Shown: positions 19,657-29,726, numbered from the stretch's first letter. The stretch: DNA of 64,000 bases from a virus (IMGVR_UViG_3300020463_000001:136734-200733), one strand, 5' to 3'. Notes: generated by a model from the letters alone, not told the origin. Program-made: numbers and translations.

Positions 19657-20001
19657 ATGTCGGCAGAATTAAATAAACTAATCCAACAACAGTTGGGAGA
19701 AATTAGCAACTATCCGATTGAATACAAGTTCAATGAAGATGAGTTGCTAAAAGAACTTAAAATATACATTGACAAAACCTACTCAATGCATTATTCTAAG
19801 AACCAGTTTCAATCGACAGAGTTTATCATTGACTCTGGCCATGGAACTGGATTTTTAATTGGGAATATTATGAAGTATGCCCAGAGATATGGAAGGAAGG
19901 GATCACCAGAAGAGTGGCGAAGAGATCTGATGAAGATCATACACTACTCTCTTTTGGCCCTTTATAATCATGACAATGACGGAGATTTAAATGATGATTA
20001 G
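19657..20001 (+). CDS. Conserved phage protein (DUF3310-like)
   Basis: HYS..QSTEFI..G.GF.IGNIMKYAQRYGRKG..DLMKIIHY. Confidence 0.6.
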   Translation: MSAELNKLIQQQLGEISNYPIEYKFNEDELLKELKIYIDKTYSMHYSKNQFQSTEFIIDSGHGTGFLIGNIMKYAQRYGRKGSPEEWRRDLMKIIHYSLLALYNHDNDGDLNDD

Positions 20002-20686
20002 TGAAGATACTCAAACTATACTAAGGAACTTTTCGGGTATTAACCCTTCAATTTTATTGACTGGTAATAATCGAATTGCCACAATGTCAGTAATGCGAAA
20101 CATTCTCGCAACTGCTGATATCGAAGAAGAGTTTCCAGAAGAATTTGGCATCTATGATTTGCCTCGGTTCTTGGGAAACCTTGCGGTATATCCTGAGTTG
20201 AACTTTGGTGACACTTCTGTAATTATGGCAGATGGGTCTAAGACCTACAAGTTCATGGCTGCGGAACCAAGTGCGATTATCCATCCTACAACTATGTTTG
20301 CGATGGAAGGATCTAGGAACAACCCTGAGAACGTGAAGGCGACTCCTGAGTATGATATCAATGTCACTCTGCCCAGTTCTACTCTTGCGACAATCCAAAA
20401 AGTCGCTGCGATAAATTCTTTACCAGACTATGGATTGATCACCGAAGGTGGAGAGATATTCTTTACTGCGTTAGATAAGAAGTCTGATACAACTGATATC
20501 GCAAAAGAGCCAGTTGGGAGTAGCAATGTCAATTTCAAGATGTACTTCAAGTCTGAGAATCTTAAGTTGATTGAAGGCGATTATAATGTGAGTGTGTCTC
20601 GCAATGCGATATCTACTTTCAGACATCAGACTAGGCCCATTCAATACTGGATCACTCTGGAATCAGATTCTCAGTATGATATTTAA
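19991..20686 (+). CDS. 45: Sliding clamp gp45
   Basis: T..ILRNFSGINPSIL, EEFPEEFGIYDL..FL; position before gp44. Confidence 0.92.
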   Translation: MMISEDTQTILRNFSGINPSILLTGNNRIATMSVMRNILATADIEEEFPEEFGIYDLPRFLGNLAVYPELNFGDTSVIMADGSKTYKFMAAEPSAIIHPTTMFAMEGSRNNPENVKATPEYDINVTLPSSTLATIQKVAAINSLPDYGLITEGGEIFFTALDKKSDTTDIAKEPVGSSNVNFKMYFKSENLKLIEGDYNVSVSRNAISTFRHQTRPIQYWITLESDSQYDI

Positions 20687-20697
20687 GGCGAAGTCTA

Positions 20698-21636
20698 TTG
20701 AAAGATTTATTATTATGGGTGGAGAAATATCGTCCACAAACAATTGATGACTGCATTCTCCCCGAAGAGTTGAAAGATACTTTTCGGGAGTTTGTGGCCA
20801 ACAAAGAAATTCCAAACCTACTTCTTAGTGGTGCGCCAGGCGTCGGTAAAACGACTGTAGCGAAGATATTATGCAAAGAGGTAGGTTTGGATCACCTTAT
20901 GATAAACGGGTCTGAGGATGGAAATATAGACACTCTTAGAACCAAAATAAGGCACTATGCGTCTACCGTGTCATTCTCTGGTGAAGGTAAGTGTGTGATT
21001 CTGGATGAGGCAGATTATCTCAATCCACAATCCACACAACCAGCCCTGCGTGGGTTCATCGAAGAGTTTGCGGGCAACTGTAGATTCATTCTTACTTGTA
21101 ACTTCCGCAACCGAATTATCGATCCATTACATAGTCGATGTTCGGTAGTGGAGTTCAAGATTCCTAAATCAGAGAAACCAAAACTCTCAGCTGGATTCTA
21201 TGAAAGAATCAAAAACATTCTTGCAGAAGAAGGCATTGAATACAAACAGAAATCTCTGTTGGAACTTATCAACAAGTACTATCCTGATTGGCGTAGAGTT
21301 CTGAATGAACTTCAACGATACTCTGTCGGCGGAGAGATAGATGAAGGGATTCTAGTTAATGTCAGTGAGTCTAGTCTTAAGAGATTAAGTAATACTCTCA
21401 AGGATAGAAAGTTCACCGATATGCGAAAGTGGGTTGTCGATAATCTTGACAACGATCCTTCAACAATCTTCCGGACAGTCTATGACGGATTGTATTCTTA
21501 TATGGAACCACAATCTATTCCACAGGCTGTGGTTACGATTGCTGATTATCAACACAAGTCCGCCTTTGTTGCGGATCAAGAAATCAACATGGTTGCGTGT
21601 TTGACTGAATTAATGGTCGAGTGCGATTGGAAATAA
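20698..21636 (+). CDS. 44: Clamp loader large subunit gp44
   Basis: LWVEKYRP, GAPGVGKTT, ILDEAD, SRC motif. Confidence 0.95.
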   Translation: MKDLLLWVEKYRPQTIDDCILPEELKDTFREFVANKEIPNLLLSGAPGVGKTTVAKILCKEVGLDHLMINGSEDGNIDTLRTKIRHYASTVSFSGEGKCVILDEADYLNPQSTQPALRGFIEEFAGNCRFILTCNFRNRIIDPLHSRCSVVEFKIPKSEKPKLSAGFYERIKNILAEEGIEYKQKSLLELINKYYPDWRRVLNELQRYSVGGEIDEGILVNVSESSLKRLSNTLKDRKFTDMRKWVVDNLDNDPSTIFRTVYDGLYSYMEPQSIPQAVVTIADYQHKSAFVADQEINMVACLTELMVECDWK

Positions 21637-21637
21637 T

Positions 21638-22021
21638 ATGTATGATCTATTTAAAGATTATGTCCCAGCTTTGTCTCATACAAAAGAGAACCTTTTAGAC
21701 AACGAGGATGAACTATGGGAGAAATCTTACCAACCATACTTGATAAATAAAACATTCTCATACTATATGGACACTATCATGTATGCGAATGAGATGAATC
21801 AATATTCTATGATAGATAATAAACTTCAATTCGACTATTTACTAAATAGTGTAAGACCAAGGAAAAGATTTTCTCCTTGGGCTAAAAAAGAAATCAACTC
21901 TGATATTGATTTGATTAAAGAATATTATGGGTACAGTAATAGAAAAGCTGAAGAAGCGATGTCCATTTTATCTAGTTCGCAGTTAGAATATATCAGAACT
22001 AAACTATACAAAGGCGGATAA
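21638..22021 (+). CDS. 62: Clamp loader small subunit gp62
   Basis: YQPYLIN..ANEMN..QFDYLLNSVRPRKRFSPWAK..KEYYGYS. Confidence 0.92.
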   Translation: MYDLFKDYVPALSHTKENLLDNEDELWEKSYQPYLINKTFSYYMDTIMYANEMNQYSMIDNKLQFDYLLNSVRPRKRFSPWAKKEINSDIDLIKEYYGYSNRKAEEAMSILSSSQLEYIRTKLYKGG

Positions 22022-22022
22022 T

Positions 22023-22433
22023 GTGGATTTTCTGAACATAGAAGACTTAGTAGAGGTGACTCTAAAAGATCCGGAAGATTTTCTCAAAATACGAGAAACT
22101 CTGACACGGATTGGTGTGTCTTCAAAAAAGGAAAAGAAGCTTTATCAATCCTGCCACATTCTGCATAAACGTGGAAAATACTATATCGTCCACTTCAAAG
22201 AATTATTCAAATTAGATGGAAAACCATCAGACTTTTCTGACAATGACAGAGCAAGAAGAAACGCTATTGTCAATTTATTAGAAGAGTGGAAGTTAGTTGA
22301 TGTTCCAGTGAAAGATGTTATGGATCCTGCCCCATTGTCTCAAATAAAAATCATTTCGCATAGAGATAAATCTGAATGGGAACTGGTGCCCAAGTATAAT
22401 ATCGGCAGAAAGACTAAACCAGTTGACAAGTAA
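22023..22433 (+). CDS. regA: Translational repressor RegA
   Basis: DFLKIRETLTRIGV..LYQSCHILHKRGKYYIVHFKELF.LDG. Confidence 0.95.
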   Translation: MDFLNIEDLVEVTLKDPEDFLKIRETLTRIGVSSKKEKKLYQSCHILHKRGKYYIVHFKELFKLDGKPSDFSDNDRARRNAIVNLLEEWKLVDVPVKDVMDPAPLSQIKIISHRDKSEWELVPKYNIGRKTKPVDK

Positions 22434-22461
22434 GAAATAAACCTGTATAGTGTTATAAATA
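22423..22461 (+). promoter_or_regulatory. Tandem sigma70 (TTGACA-17-TATAGT) and late (TATAAATA) promoters for hsp20
   Basis: TTGACA 22423-22428, TATAGT 22446-22451, TATAAATA 22454-22461. Confidence 0.75.
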
Positions 22462-22465
22462 TAAA

Positions 22466-22551
22466 TGAGGATTGCGTAAAGAGTCCTCACTTAGTCTTGC
22501 GACAATGGTCGGAGACAATATATAACTCGCTTATACAAGGAGATAACAATG
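22466..22551 (+). promoter_or_regulatory. Three-hairpin 5' UTR, ROSE-like RNA thermometer candidate
   Basis: Hairpins 22466-22489 and 22494-22516; CTC(G)CTT-ATAC-AAGGAG at 22526-22542 pairs the SD with a bulged G. Confidence 0.6.
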
Positions 22552-22995
22552 GTTACAATGAGAACCTTAGCTGAGTTCGATCCATTTTTGAAGAGAACTA
22601 TCGGATTTGATAGTTTGTTTAGAACATTAGATTCTATGACCGAAGGAACTCAGGACAACTATCCGCCCTATAACATCGTCAAGAACGATAAATTATATCG
22701 AATAGAAATTTCGGTATCAGGCTTTTCGGAAGAAGATCTTTCTGTAGTACATGAAAATTATGTACTTACTGTATCTGGTTCAAAGACAACACAAGAACCC
22801 GAGCAAGAGTATCTTCATAAAGGAATTGCATCTAGAGACTTCGTTAAGAAGTTTACTCTATCTAAAGATCTAGTTGTTGTGGATGCCACAATTAACGACG
22901 GCCTTTTGGTAGTCACTCTAGAATTGGTTGTTCCAGAAGAGAAAAAACCAAGAGTTATTGACATAACAAGTTCCCCTAAATTACTGGTGGACTAA
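22549..22995 (+). CDS. hsp20: Small heat-shock protein Hsp20 (IbpA-like)
   Basis: IGFDSLF, NYPPYNI, YLHKGIASRDF, A.INDGLL. Confidence 0.92.
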   Translation: MVTMRTLAEFDPFLKRTIGFDSLFRTLDSMTEGTQDNYPPYNIVKNDKLYRIEISVSGFSEEDLSVVHENYVLTVSGSKTTQEPEQEYLHKGIASRDFVKKFTLSKDLVVVDATINDGLLVVTLELVVPEEKKPRVIDITSSPKLLVD

Positions 22996-23006
22996 ATAAT
23001 TGTAGT

Positions 23007-23025
23007 GGGGGTACTCTGTACCCCC
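23007..23025 (+). terminator. Stem-loop after hsp20
   Basis: GGGGGTAC-TCT-GTACCCCC; U-tract is weak. Confidence 0.55.
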
Positions 23026-23048
23026 TCTATAATTTACCGGAGACTACA

Positions 23049-23231
23049 ATGGAAACGCATGAACAACTTATCGTTTTATTAGAACAATACAAATTTGAGA
23101 ATGAGAAGTTTGCGAGAGGAAATAAATCTGCTGGCGTTAGAGCTCGTAAGGCACTCATGGAAATAATCAAGGCTTCAAAGGTTCGTAGATCAGAGATTCA
23201 AGAAGAAAAGGAATGGATAGTCAAGAAGTAA
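23049..23231 (+). CDS. Histone H1-like (Hc1-type) small basic protein
   Basis: ENEKF..GNKSAGVRARKALMEI.K..K..R.EIQE.K pattern. Confidence 0.65.
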   Translation: METHEQLIVLLEQYKFENEKFARGNKSAGVRARKALMEIIKASKVRRSEIQEEKEWIVKK

Positions 23232-23575
23232 AGTATGATGTTCATCTAAGAAAAGATGAAGAAACTGGAGAACCGATTCTATACAGAACTAAAAATAGAT
23301 CGAATTCGTTTGGTGATGTGAGAATGACTCCAGCACTTCCCAATCAAAGAATTATAGAACTGATTTGTAACAATAAAAAACTGATGCAAGAACAGCCTCA
23401 GGTTGTACAAAGAGTTCTCAACATGGAGTGGCGGTATATCGAAAGAAGAATCGTCCGATGGTTAGGTAATGTTCCCGAAGCACTAGAGTTAAAGGAACTG
23501 CTAAGAAACCACATTAAAAGTGAAAAAAAATGGTATCGTGAAAAGGGAAAAGATTATGAAATTCAACTACGTTAA
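23213..23575 (+). CDS. Hypothetical protein
   Basis: 120 aa ORF coupled to neighbours. Confidence 0.55.
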   Translation: MDSQEVKYDVHLRKDEETGEPILYRTKNRSNSFGDVRMTPALPNQRIIELICNNKKLMQEQPQVVQRVLNMEWRYIERRIVRWLGNVPEALELKELLRNHIKSEKKWYREKGKDYEIQLR

Positions 23576-23822
23576 CAGTCCATTAACTGCTGCATTGATA
23601 CGAAAGTACGAATACGAAAGAGATCAGGCAATCGCCAATCTTAATGTATACTTTACAAATCCAGCAGGAATTGGTGAACATGGAGACATAGTTTCGCAGA
23701 TGGATGCACAGATAAATAAATTGGCGGTGGCAGAAGGAAATCTCAAAACATTTATATCAACTTTTGTTAATATTCCTCAGCAAGCACCGCCTGGCGCACC
23801 CGAAGAAACCGAAGAGTCCTAA
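23556..23822 (+). CDS. Conserved hypothetical of marine T4-like phages
   Basis: A.ANL.VY..NPAGIGEH.DIV motif; ATG 23556. Confidence 0.6.
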   Translation: MKFNYVNSPLTAALIRKYEYERDQAIANLNVYFTNPAGIGEHGDIVSQMDAQINKLAVAEGNLKTFISTFVNIPQQAPPGAPEETEES

Positions 23823-24196
23823 TGTCTATAAATGATATAAAAGTTATTCGCCTGATCTCAGGTGAAGAACTAATGGGAGAAATAACTGAGGATGGAGAGG
23901 ATACATACAGAATTAAAAATGTATGTCAAATCGCAAGTTCTTATGCGGATCCAACATCTGCGACTGCAAGAATTGGTATCGCACCATTTCTTCCATATAC
24001 TAAAGTCAAGGACGGACTCACTCTTAACAAATTTTATGTAGGATTTGTTATTGAGCCGGTTAATGAACTACTGAGTGAATATAACAAAGTCTTTGGAAGT
24101 GGTATTGTATTGCCGCCTGAAGGTACGCAGTCTATTAAGTCTACTACCGCAAATGCAGCAACATCCTCTTCCAATTCTGCGTTTGTTAAATTATGA
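23822..24196 (+). CDS. Conserved hypothetical upstream of gp43, Sm-like fold candidate
   Basis: IKVIRLISGEELMGE..GIAPFLPY. Confidence 0.6.
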   Translation: MSINDIKVIRLISGEELMGEITEDGEDTYRIKNVCQIASSYADPTSATARIGIAPFLPYTKVKDGLTLNKFYVGFVIEPVNELLSEYNKVFGSGIVLPPEGTQSIKSTTANAATSSSNSAFVKL

Positions 24197-24208
24197 TTCG
24201 GAGATTGA

Positions 24209-26704
24209 ATGAGATTTTACACTAATGTTCAGTGTGTAAAAAACAAAATCTTTCTCAGAGAAATTGATGGAAATAAACGTCGAGAAGTCAAGATAGACTA
24301 CTCGCCGTCTCTGTTTATATCTGGAAAGAAAGATTCTTTATACAAAACTCTAGACGGAAAACCTCTAGATAGAGTCCAGTTTGGTTCTATCGCAGAGGCC
24401 AGAGAATTCAAAGAGAAGTATAAAGACATAGATAATATGAAGGTATATGGCCATGACCAATATCTTTATCCGTTCATTTCTGATGAATATCCTTCCAATA
24501 TTGAGTATGATTTCTCTAAACTCAACATCTGCAATATCGATATTGAGGTAGAATGCGAAACTGGATTCCCAGAACCAACCGAAGCAATAGAAAGAGTTAA
24601 CGCCATCACTATGAAGATGGGCGGATTCTATGTTGTTCTTGGTCTTGGTGACTGGGAAAATAAAGACAATCTTCCCAGAATAAAGTACATGAAGTTCAAG
24701 GATGAGCACAGTCTTCTCCGCAATTTCTTACAAATTTGGGAAAGTTCTAAGATTGATATTGTGACTGGTTGGAATGTAAACCAGTTTGATATGACTTATC
24801 TTGTCAACAGAATTGAAAAACTCTTTGGCGAAAAAGAAGTCAGAAGAATGTCTCCTTGGGGAATGTATTCTAGGATAGAAAAAGTTTTGTTCGGTAGAAC
24901 ACAAACTCAAGTCAAACTACCTGGCCTCGCCATTATAGACTATCTAGATTTATACAAGAAGTTTACTTATGTGAACCGTGAAAGTTATTCTCTGGACTTT
25001 ATTGCCCATGTCGAACTTGGCGAAAGAAAATTAGATCACTCAGAATTTGAGCAGATGCATCTGTTCTATAAATTAGACTACCAGAAGTATATCGATTATA
25101 ATATCAAAGATGTAGAGTTGGTTGATAAACTTGAGGATAAACTGAAGTTGATGGAACTTCTAGTGACTCTTGCTTATCAGTCTAAAGTTAATTTTGAAGA
25201 TGTTTTCTCTCCTGTTAAGATATGGGATACAGTCGCGTTTGATGAACTAAAGAAAACTAAAACTGTAGTTCCCAATAAATCTAGAAATGAAAAATCTGAA
25301 TCTTTCGAAGGGGCTTATGTAAAAGATCCAGTTGTTGGGCTGCATAAGTGGGTAGTATCATTTGACTTAAATAGTCTATATCCTCATCTAATCATGCAGT
25401 ATAATATCAGTCCAGAAACATTGATAGAAGGAGAAATTATACCAACTTCCATCGATGAATTGTTAGAAAAGAAGACAGATCTATCTGGACTAAAAGATGA
25501 AACTGTCTGCCCTACTGGTCATATGTTTTTAAAATCAAATAAAGGATTTCTTCCCAAACTGATGCAGAGGATGTATGATGATCGTGTCCAGTATAAGAAG
25601 GAGATGATACAGTGGAAACAAAAGAAACAATCAGGCCAAGGTGATCCTGTAGAGATAGATAAGAAAATATCTCAATTAGATAATAAACAGATGGCCGCTA
25701 AGATTCTTCTTAATTCCGCTTATGGTGCGTTGGGAAATCAGTGGTTTCGATATTATGATATTCGACAGGCAGAATCTATAACTACCGCTGGTAAGTTGTC
25801 TATCAAGTGGATTGAAAATAAGGTCAATGATTACTTTAATAAACTAATGGGCAATGAAGAACCGAAGAGTTATGTTATTGCGAGTGATACTGATTCAATC
25901 TATGTTGCCCTTGGTGATTTTGTGGAGAAAGTATTTAAGGAAGTTCCCGAAGATAGTAAAGTGGTAGACTTTCTTGATACAGTCGCAAAGGATAAGATAG
26001 AACCTTATATCGATAAGTGTTATCAGGAACTTGCAGACTATATGAATGCATATGATCAGAAGATGTTTATGAAGCGAGAAGTGATTGCATCTAAGGGCAT
26101 ATGGACTGCAAAGAAGAGATACATTCTTAATGTTCACGATAACGAGGGAGTTAGATACAAGTCTCCGGAACTTAAGATTATGGGAATAGAGGCTGTCAGA
26201 TCTTCGACACCACAGGCCTGCAGAGAAAAGATTAAAGAATCACTAAAGATCATCATGAACAGTTCGAATGAAGATCTGATGAAGTTCATTATAGATTTTG
26301 AAAAAGAATTTAAAACATATCCGGTGCCGGATATATCGTTTCCGCGAGGAGTCAACGGAATAGAAAAATATAAAGACTCAAAGGATGTATTTAAAAAGGG
26401 CACTCCTATTCATGTAAAGGGTGTTCTCTTTTATAACTTATTGATAGATCAATATAAATTGGGTAATATATATCAAAAGATAAAGAATGGAGATAAGATT
26501 AAATTTGCATATCTTAAAACTCCAAACCCAATACAAAATAATGCAATTGCGTTAATGTCTAGTTTGCCCAAAGAGTTCAATCTAGAAAACTATATTGATT
26601 ATAACATACAATTTGAAAAATCGTTTTTAGAACCAATTAAAACAATCACAGATTCTATTGATTGGCAATTGAAAAAACAATACACACTTGATGACTTTTT
26701 TTAG
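24209..26704 (+). CDS. 43: Family B DNA polymerase gp43
   Basis: DIEVE, GWNVNQFD, SFDLNSLYP, KILLNSAYGALG, ASDTDS, KKRY; uninterrupted. Confidence 0.98.
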   Translation: MRFYTNVQCVKNKIFLREIDGNKRREVKIDYSPSLFISGKKDSLYKTLDGKPLDRVQFGSIAEAREFKEKYKDIDNMKVYGHDQYLYPFISDEYPSNIEYDFSKLNICNIDIEVECETGFPEPTEAIERVNAITMKMGGFYVVLGLGDWENKDNLPRIKYMKFKDEHSLLRNFLQIWESSKIDIVTGWNVNQFDMTYLVNRIEKLFGEKEVRRMSPWGMYSRIEKVLFGRTQTQVKLPGLAIIDYLDLYKKFTYVNRESYSLDFIAHVELGERKLDHSEFEQMHLFYKLDYQKYIDYNIKDVELVDKLEDKLKLMELLVTLAYQSKVNFEDVFSPVKIWDTVAFDELKKTKTVVPNKSRNEKSESFEGAYVKDPVVGLHKWVVSFDLNSLYPHLIMQYNISPETLIEGEIIPTSIDELLEKKTDLSGLKDETVCPTGHMFLKSNKGFLPKLMQRMYDDRVQYKKEMIQWKQKKQSGQGDPVEIDKKISQLDNKQMAAKILLNSAYGALGNQWFRYYDIRQAESITTAGKLSIKWIENKVNDYFNKLMGNEEPKSYVIASDTDSIYVALGDFVEKVFKEVPEDSKVVDFLDTVAKDKIEPYIDKCYQELADYMNAYDQKMFMKREVIASKGIWTAKKRYILNVHDNEGVRYKSPELKIMGIEAVRSSTPQACREKIKESLKIIMNSSNEDLMKFIIDFEKEFKTYPVPDISFPRGVNGIEKYKDSKDVFKKGTPIHVKGVLFYNLLIDQYKLGNIYQKIKNGDKIKFAYLKTPNPIQNNAIALMSSLPKEFNLENYIDYNIQFEKSFLEPIKTITDSIDWQLKKQYTLDDFF

Positions 26705-26713
26705 GAGATTAAT

Positions 26714-27751
26714 ATGTCAAAATTGATGGATAAGTTGAGAACTAACACAACTATCAAAGCAGCACAACTGCTTAAAGATTCTGATTTTATGAATAATGAA
26801 ATGGTTCCTACCGACATCCCTGCAGTTAATATTGCGTTATCAGGGACTATCTGTGGTGGATTGACATCTGGACTGACTACAATTGCAGGGCCATCTAAAC
26901 ACTTTAAGACTGCATTTGGTTTATTGATGATGAAGGCATATCTGCAGTCAAAACCAAATGCGATTGCGTTATTCTATGACTCAGAGTTTGGTACTCCCCA
27001 GAAATACTTTGAGACATTTGACATCGATATGTCCAGAGTATTACATTCACCGATTATGGATGTAGAACAATTAAAGATTGATATCGTCAAGCAGTTGGAT
27101 CAATTGGAAAAAGAAGATGAAGTCTATATTTTTGTAGATTCTATTGGTAATCTTGCGTCACACAAAGAAGTCCAAGATGCTCTGGATGGAAAGATGGTTG
27201 GTGATATGACTAGAGCAAAATCTATCAAGTCATTATTCCGATCAGTTACTCCATATCTGAAGTCAAAGAATATTCCGATGGTTGTTGTGAATCACACATA
27301 TGACTCTCAGGAAATGTTCTCCAAGCCAGTAGTGTCTGGGGGAACTGGTATCTACTACTCTTCTGATACAATCTGGATCGTCGGTAGGAGACAACAGAAA
27401 GAAGGTTCTGATGTCACTGGATATCAGTTTGTCATTAATGTAGAGAAGTCTAGATACGTCAAGGAGAAGTCTAAGATCCCTGTCAGCGTCAGTTTTGACG
27501 GCGGTATTGATAAGTGGTCGGGTCTTCTTGATATGGCCTTAGACGCCGGTGTAATAAGTCGTAGTGGTGCTTGGTATCAGTTGACGGATCTGGAAACTGG
27601 AGAGATCATAGAGAAGAAGTATCGTGCAAAAGAACTTGTAGGAAATGACCTGTGGAATCCTATCTTGAAGAGCGAATCTTTTAAGAATTATGTGAAAGAA
27701 AAATATATGTTAGTCACCGATTCTATTATGGAAGAAGAAATTGAGGCATAA
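26714..27751 (+). CDS. uvsX: RecA-like recombinase UvsX
   Basis: AGPSKHFKT, FYDSEFG, DSIGNLAS, VVNHTY. Confidence 0.95.
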   Translation: MSKLMDKLRTNTTIKAAQLLKDSDFMNNEMVPTDIPAVNIALSGTICGGLTSGLTTIAGPSKHFKTAFGLLMMKAYLQSKPNAIALFYDSEFGTPQKYFETFDIDMSRVLHSPIMDVEQLKIDIVKQLDQLEKEDEVYIFVDSIGNLASHKEVQDALDGKMVGDMTRAKSIKSLFRSVTPYLKSKNIPMVVVNHTYDSQEMFSKPVVSGGTGIYYSSDTIWIVGRRQQKEGSDVTGYQFVINVEKSRYVKEKSKIPVSVSFDGGIDKWSGLLDMALDAGVISRSGAWYQLTDLETGEIIEKKYRAKELVGNDLWNPILKSESFKNYVKEKYMLVTDSIMEEEIEA

Positions 27752-28071
27752 TGGCATTCTTCGCATCTGCGTTCATTTACAAAGAAAGGCTGTCTATATG
27801 TAAGACTTGTGAGTATTACATAAAGTCGGCTCATATGTGTAAAGAATGTGGGTGTTTCATGCCCGCAAAGGCAAAGATTGCGAAACTTAGATGTCCAAAA
27901 GATAAATGGGTTGAAGTCTACGGAACTGAAGAACGAGAACCGGAGACACTCTTATCGGAAGAACAAGCTATAATGACGGAAGAACGAAAAAAAGAAAAAA
28001 TAGAAAATACTATAGTTTCTTTAGAAAGAGAGATAATTAAATTAAAGGATGAGTTAAATGGAAATAAATGA
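27751..28071 (+). CDS. Cys-rich hypothetical with C-terminal coiled coil
   Basis: RLSICKTC..MCKECGCFMPAK..RCP..KW. Confidence 0.6.
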   Translation: MAFFASAFIYKERLSICKTCEYYIKSAHMCKECGCFMPAKAKIAKLRCPKDKWVEVYGTEEREPETLLSEEQAIMTEERKKEKIENTIVSLEREIIKLKDELNGNK

Positions 28072-28387
28072 AAACTTTTTTACCGTAATGGAATCTGATC
28101 AAGAAGACCATTTTGCATTTAGGATCGATGAAGGTGATTATAAAGATGTTATCTTCAAGATAGGTAATGTAAAATTAGAAGAAGATGGCGACGAATCAGG
28201 AGCCGCCTGTACCTTCGATTATAATGCATTGCGTCCAAATGAAACGTATACAATAGAAGAACTTGACAAAGATATCATATTTGGTACAATAGTAGGTGAA
28301 GTTTTAAATTTTATGTTGACAACTTCAATACAGGACGCCATGAATGGAATTAACGGAACTCACAATACTGCAGAACTTAGTCAATAG
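28058..28387 (+). CDS. gp40-like protein
   Basis: FRIDEGDYKDVIFKIGNV; T4 uvsX-40-41 order. Confidence 0.55.
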   Translation: MEINENFFTVMESDQEDHFAFRIDEGDYKDVIFKIGNVKLEEDGDESGAACTFDYNALRPNETYTIEELDKDIIFGTIVGEVLNFMLTTSIQDAMNGINGTHNTAELSQ

Positions 28388-29726
28388 AGAAGATTACTCT
28401 AGAAAAGTAATTCCCTTTATTGAGACTGAATATTTCTCCGAAGAAAGAGACAGAGAAATATTTAAAATGGTTTATAACCATATAGAAAAATATAATGCCC
28501 TGCCGGAAAAAACAAGTCTTCGAATAACACTAGAAGATCTTAATCTGTACGATGCCCTCCACAAAGAGTGTATCGAAACTATCGGTGTTATTGAAGAATA
28601 TGATTCGAATATAAATATAGATTGGTTGGTTGATGTCACAGAGAAGTGGTGTCAAGACCGAGCAATATATAATGCTATATTTAAATCTATTAAGATTATT
28701 GAAGATGATAATACTAAAGAAGATCCCGGCTCCCTACCAAAGATATTACAAGATGCTCTCGCCGTATCTTTTGATAACCATGTTGGTCATGATTTTATTG
28801 ATGACTCGGAAGAGCGTTTTGAATTCTATCAGAGGGTAGAAGAGAAACTTCCTTTCCATCTTGAGAAATTCAATGAGATAACCAAAGGTGGATTATCCAA
28901 GAAAACTCTCAACATTGCGTTGGCTGGTACTGGTGTGGGTAAGTCTCTCTTTATGTGCGATTCTGCGTCTGCACAACTCTCTCAGGGAAAGAATGTTTTA
29001 TATATTACCTTAGAGATGTCTGAAGAAAAGATCGCTGAGAGGATAGATGCGAACCTTCTGAACGTCCCTATTCAACAAATACCAGAGATGAGTAAAGATA
29101 TGTTTGAGAATAAAATCAAACGTATTGAAAAGAAAACATCTGGCAAAATGGTTATTAAAGAATATCCTACTGCATCTGCAAACGCAAATCATTTCCGACA
29201 TCTTCTTAATGAACTCCAAATGAAGAAGAACTTTTATCCGGATATAGTCTTTATTGACTATCTAAATATTTGTAGTTCTGCGAGAATCCGCGGCGGTGCA
29301 AATGTTAATTCATATACCTACATCAAATCTATTGCGGAAGAACTCAGAGGATTGGCTGTAGAGTTTAATGTCCCGATAGTGAGTGCAACACAGACAACTA
29401 GATCTGGTTTCACTAGTTCAGATATTGGACTAGAAGATACTTCAGAGAGTTTTGGTCTGCCTGCGACTGCTGACTTTATGTTTGCGATTATATCTACAGA
29501 AGAACTGGAAGATATGAATCAGATTCTAATTAAACAATTGAAGAATCGATATAATGATCCGAATATGAACAAACGATTTGTGGTTGGAATTGACAGATCT
29601 AAAATGAGATTATATGATGTGGAAGAATCTGCCCAATCTGATTTGATTGAAGCACCATATGAAGATACGACAAATTTTACAAAGAATACTAAATCTAAAT
29701 TTGGTAAAGTAGAGGTTACATTATGA
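28344..29726 (+). CDS. 41: Replicative helicase gp41
   Basis: AGTGVGKS, YITLEM, IDYLNI, ATQTTRSG, KQLKNRY. Confidence 0.96.
   Translation: MELTELTILQNLVNREDYSRKVIPFIETEYFSEERDREIFKMVYNHIEKYNALPEKTSLRITLEDLNLYDALHKECIETIGVIEEYDSNINIDWLVDVTEKWCQDRAIYNAIFKSIKIIEDDNTKEDPGSLPKILQDALAVSFDNHVGHDFIDDSEERFEFYQRVEEKLPFHLEKFNEITKGGLSKKTLNIALAGTGVGKSLFMCDSASAQLSQGKNVLYITLEMSEEKIAERIDANLLNVPIQQIPEMSKDMFENKIKRIEKKTSGKMVIKEYPTASANANHFRHLLNELQMKKNFYPDIVFIDYLNICSSARIRGGANVNSYTYIKSIAEELRGLAVEFNVPIVSATQTTRSGFTSSDIGLEDTSESFGLPATADFMFAIISTEELEDMNQILIKQLKNRYNDPNMNKRFVVGIDRSKMRLYDVEESAQSDLIEAPYEDTTNFTKNTKSKFGKVEVTL

Noticed and set aside
24209-26704. Introns, inteins or homing endonucleases in gp43, nrdA, nrdB or gp41
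   Set aside because: All are continuous and of normal length, with no intein or HNH/GIY-YIG motifs seen.
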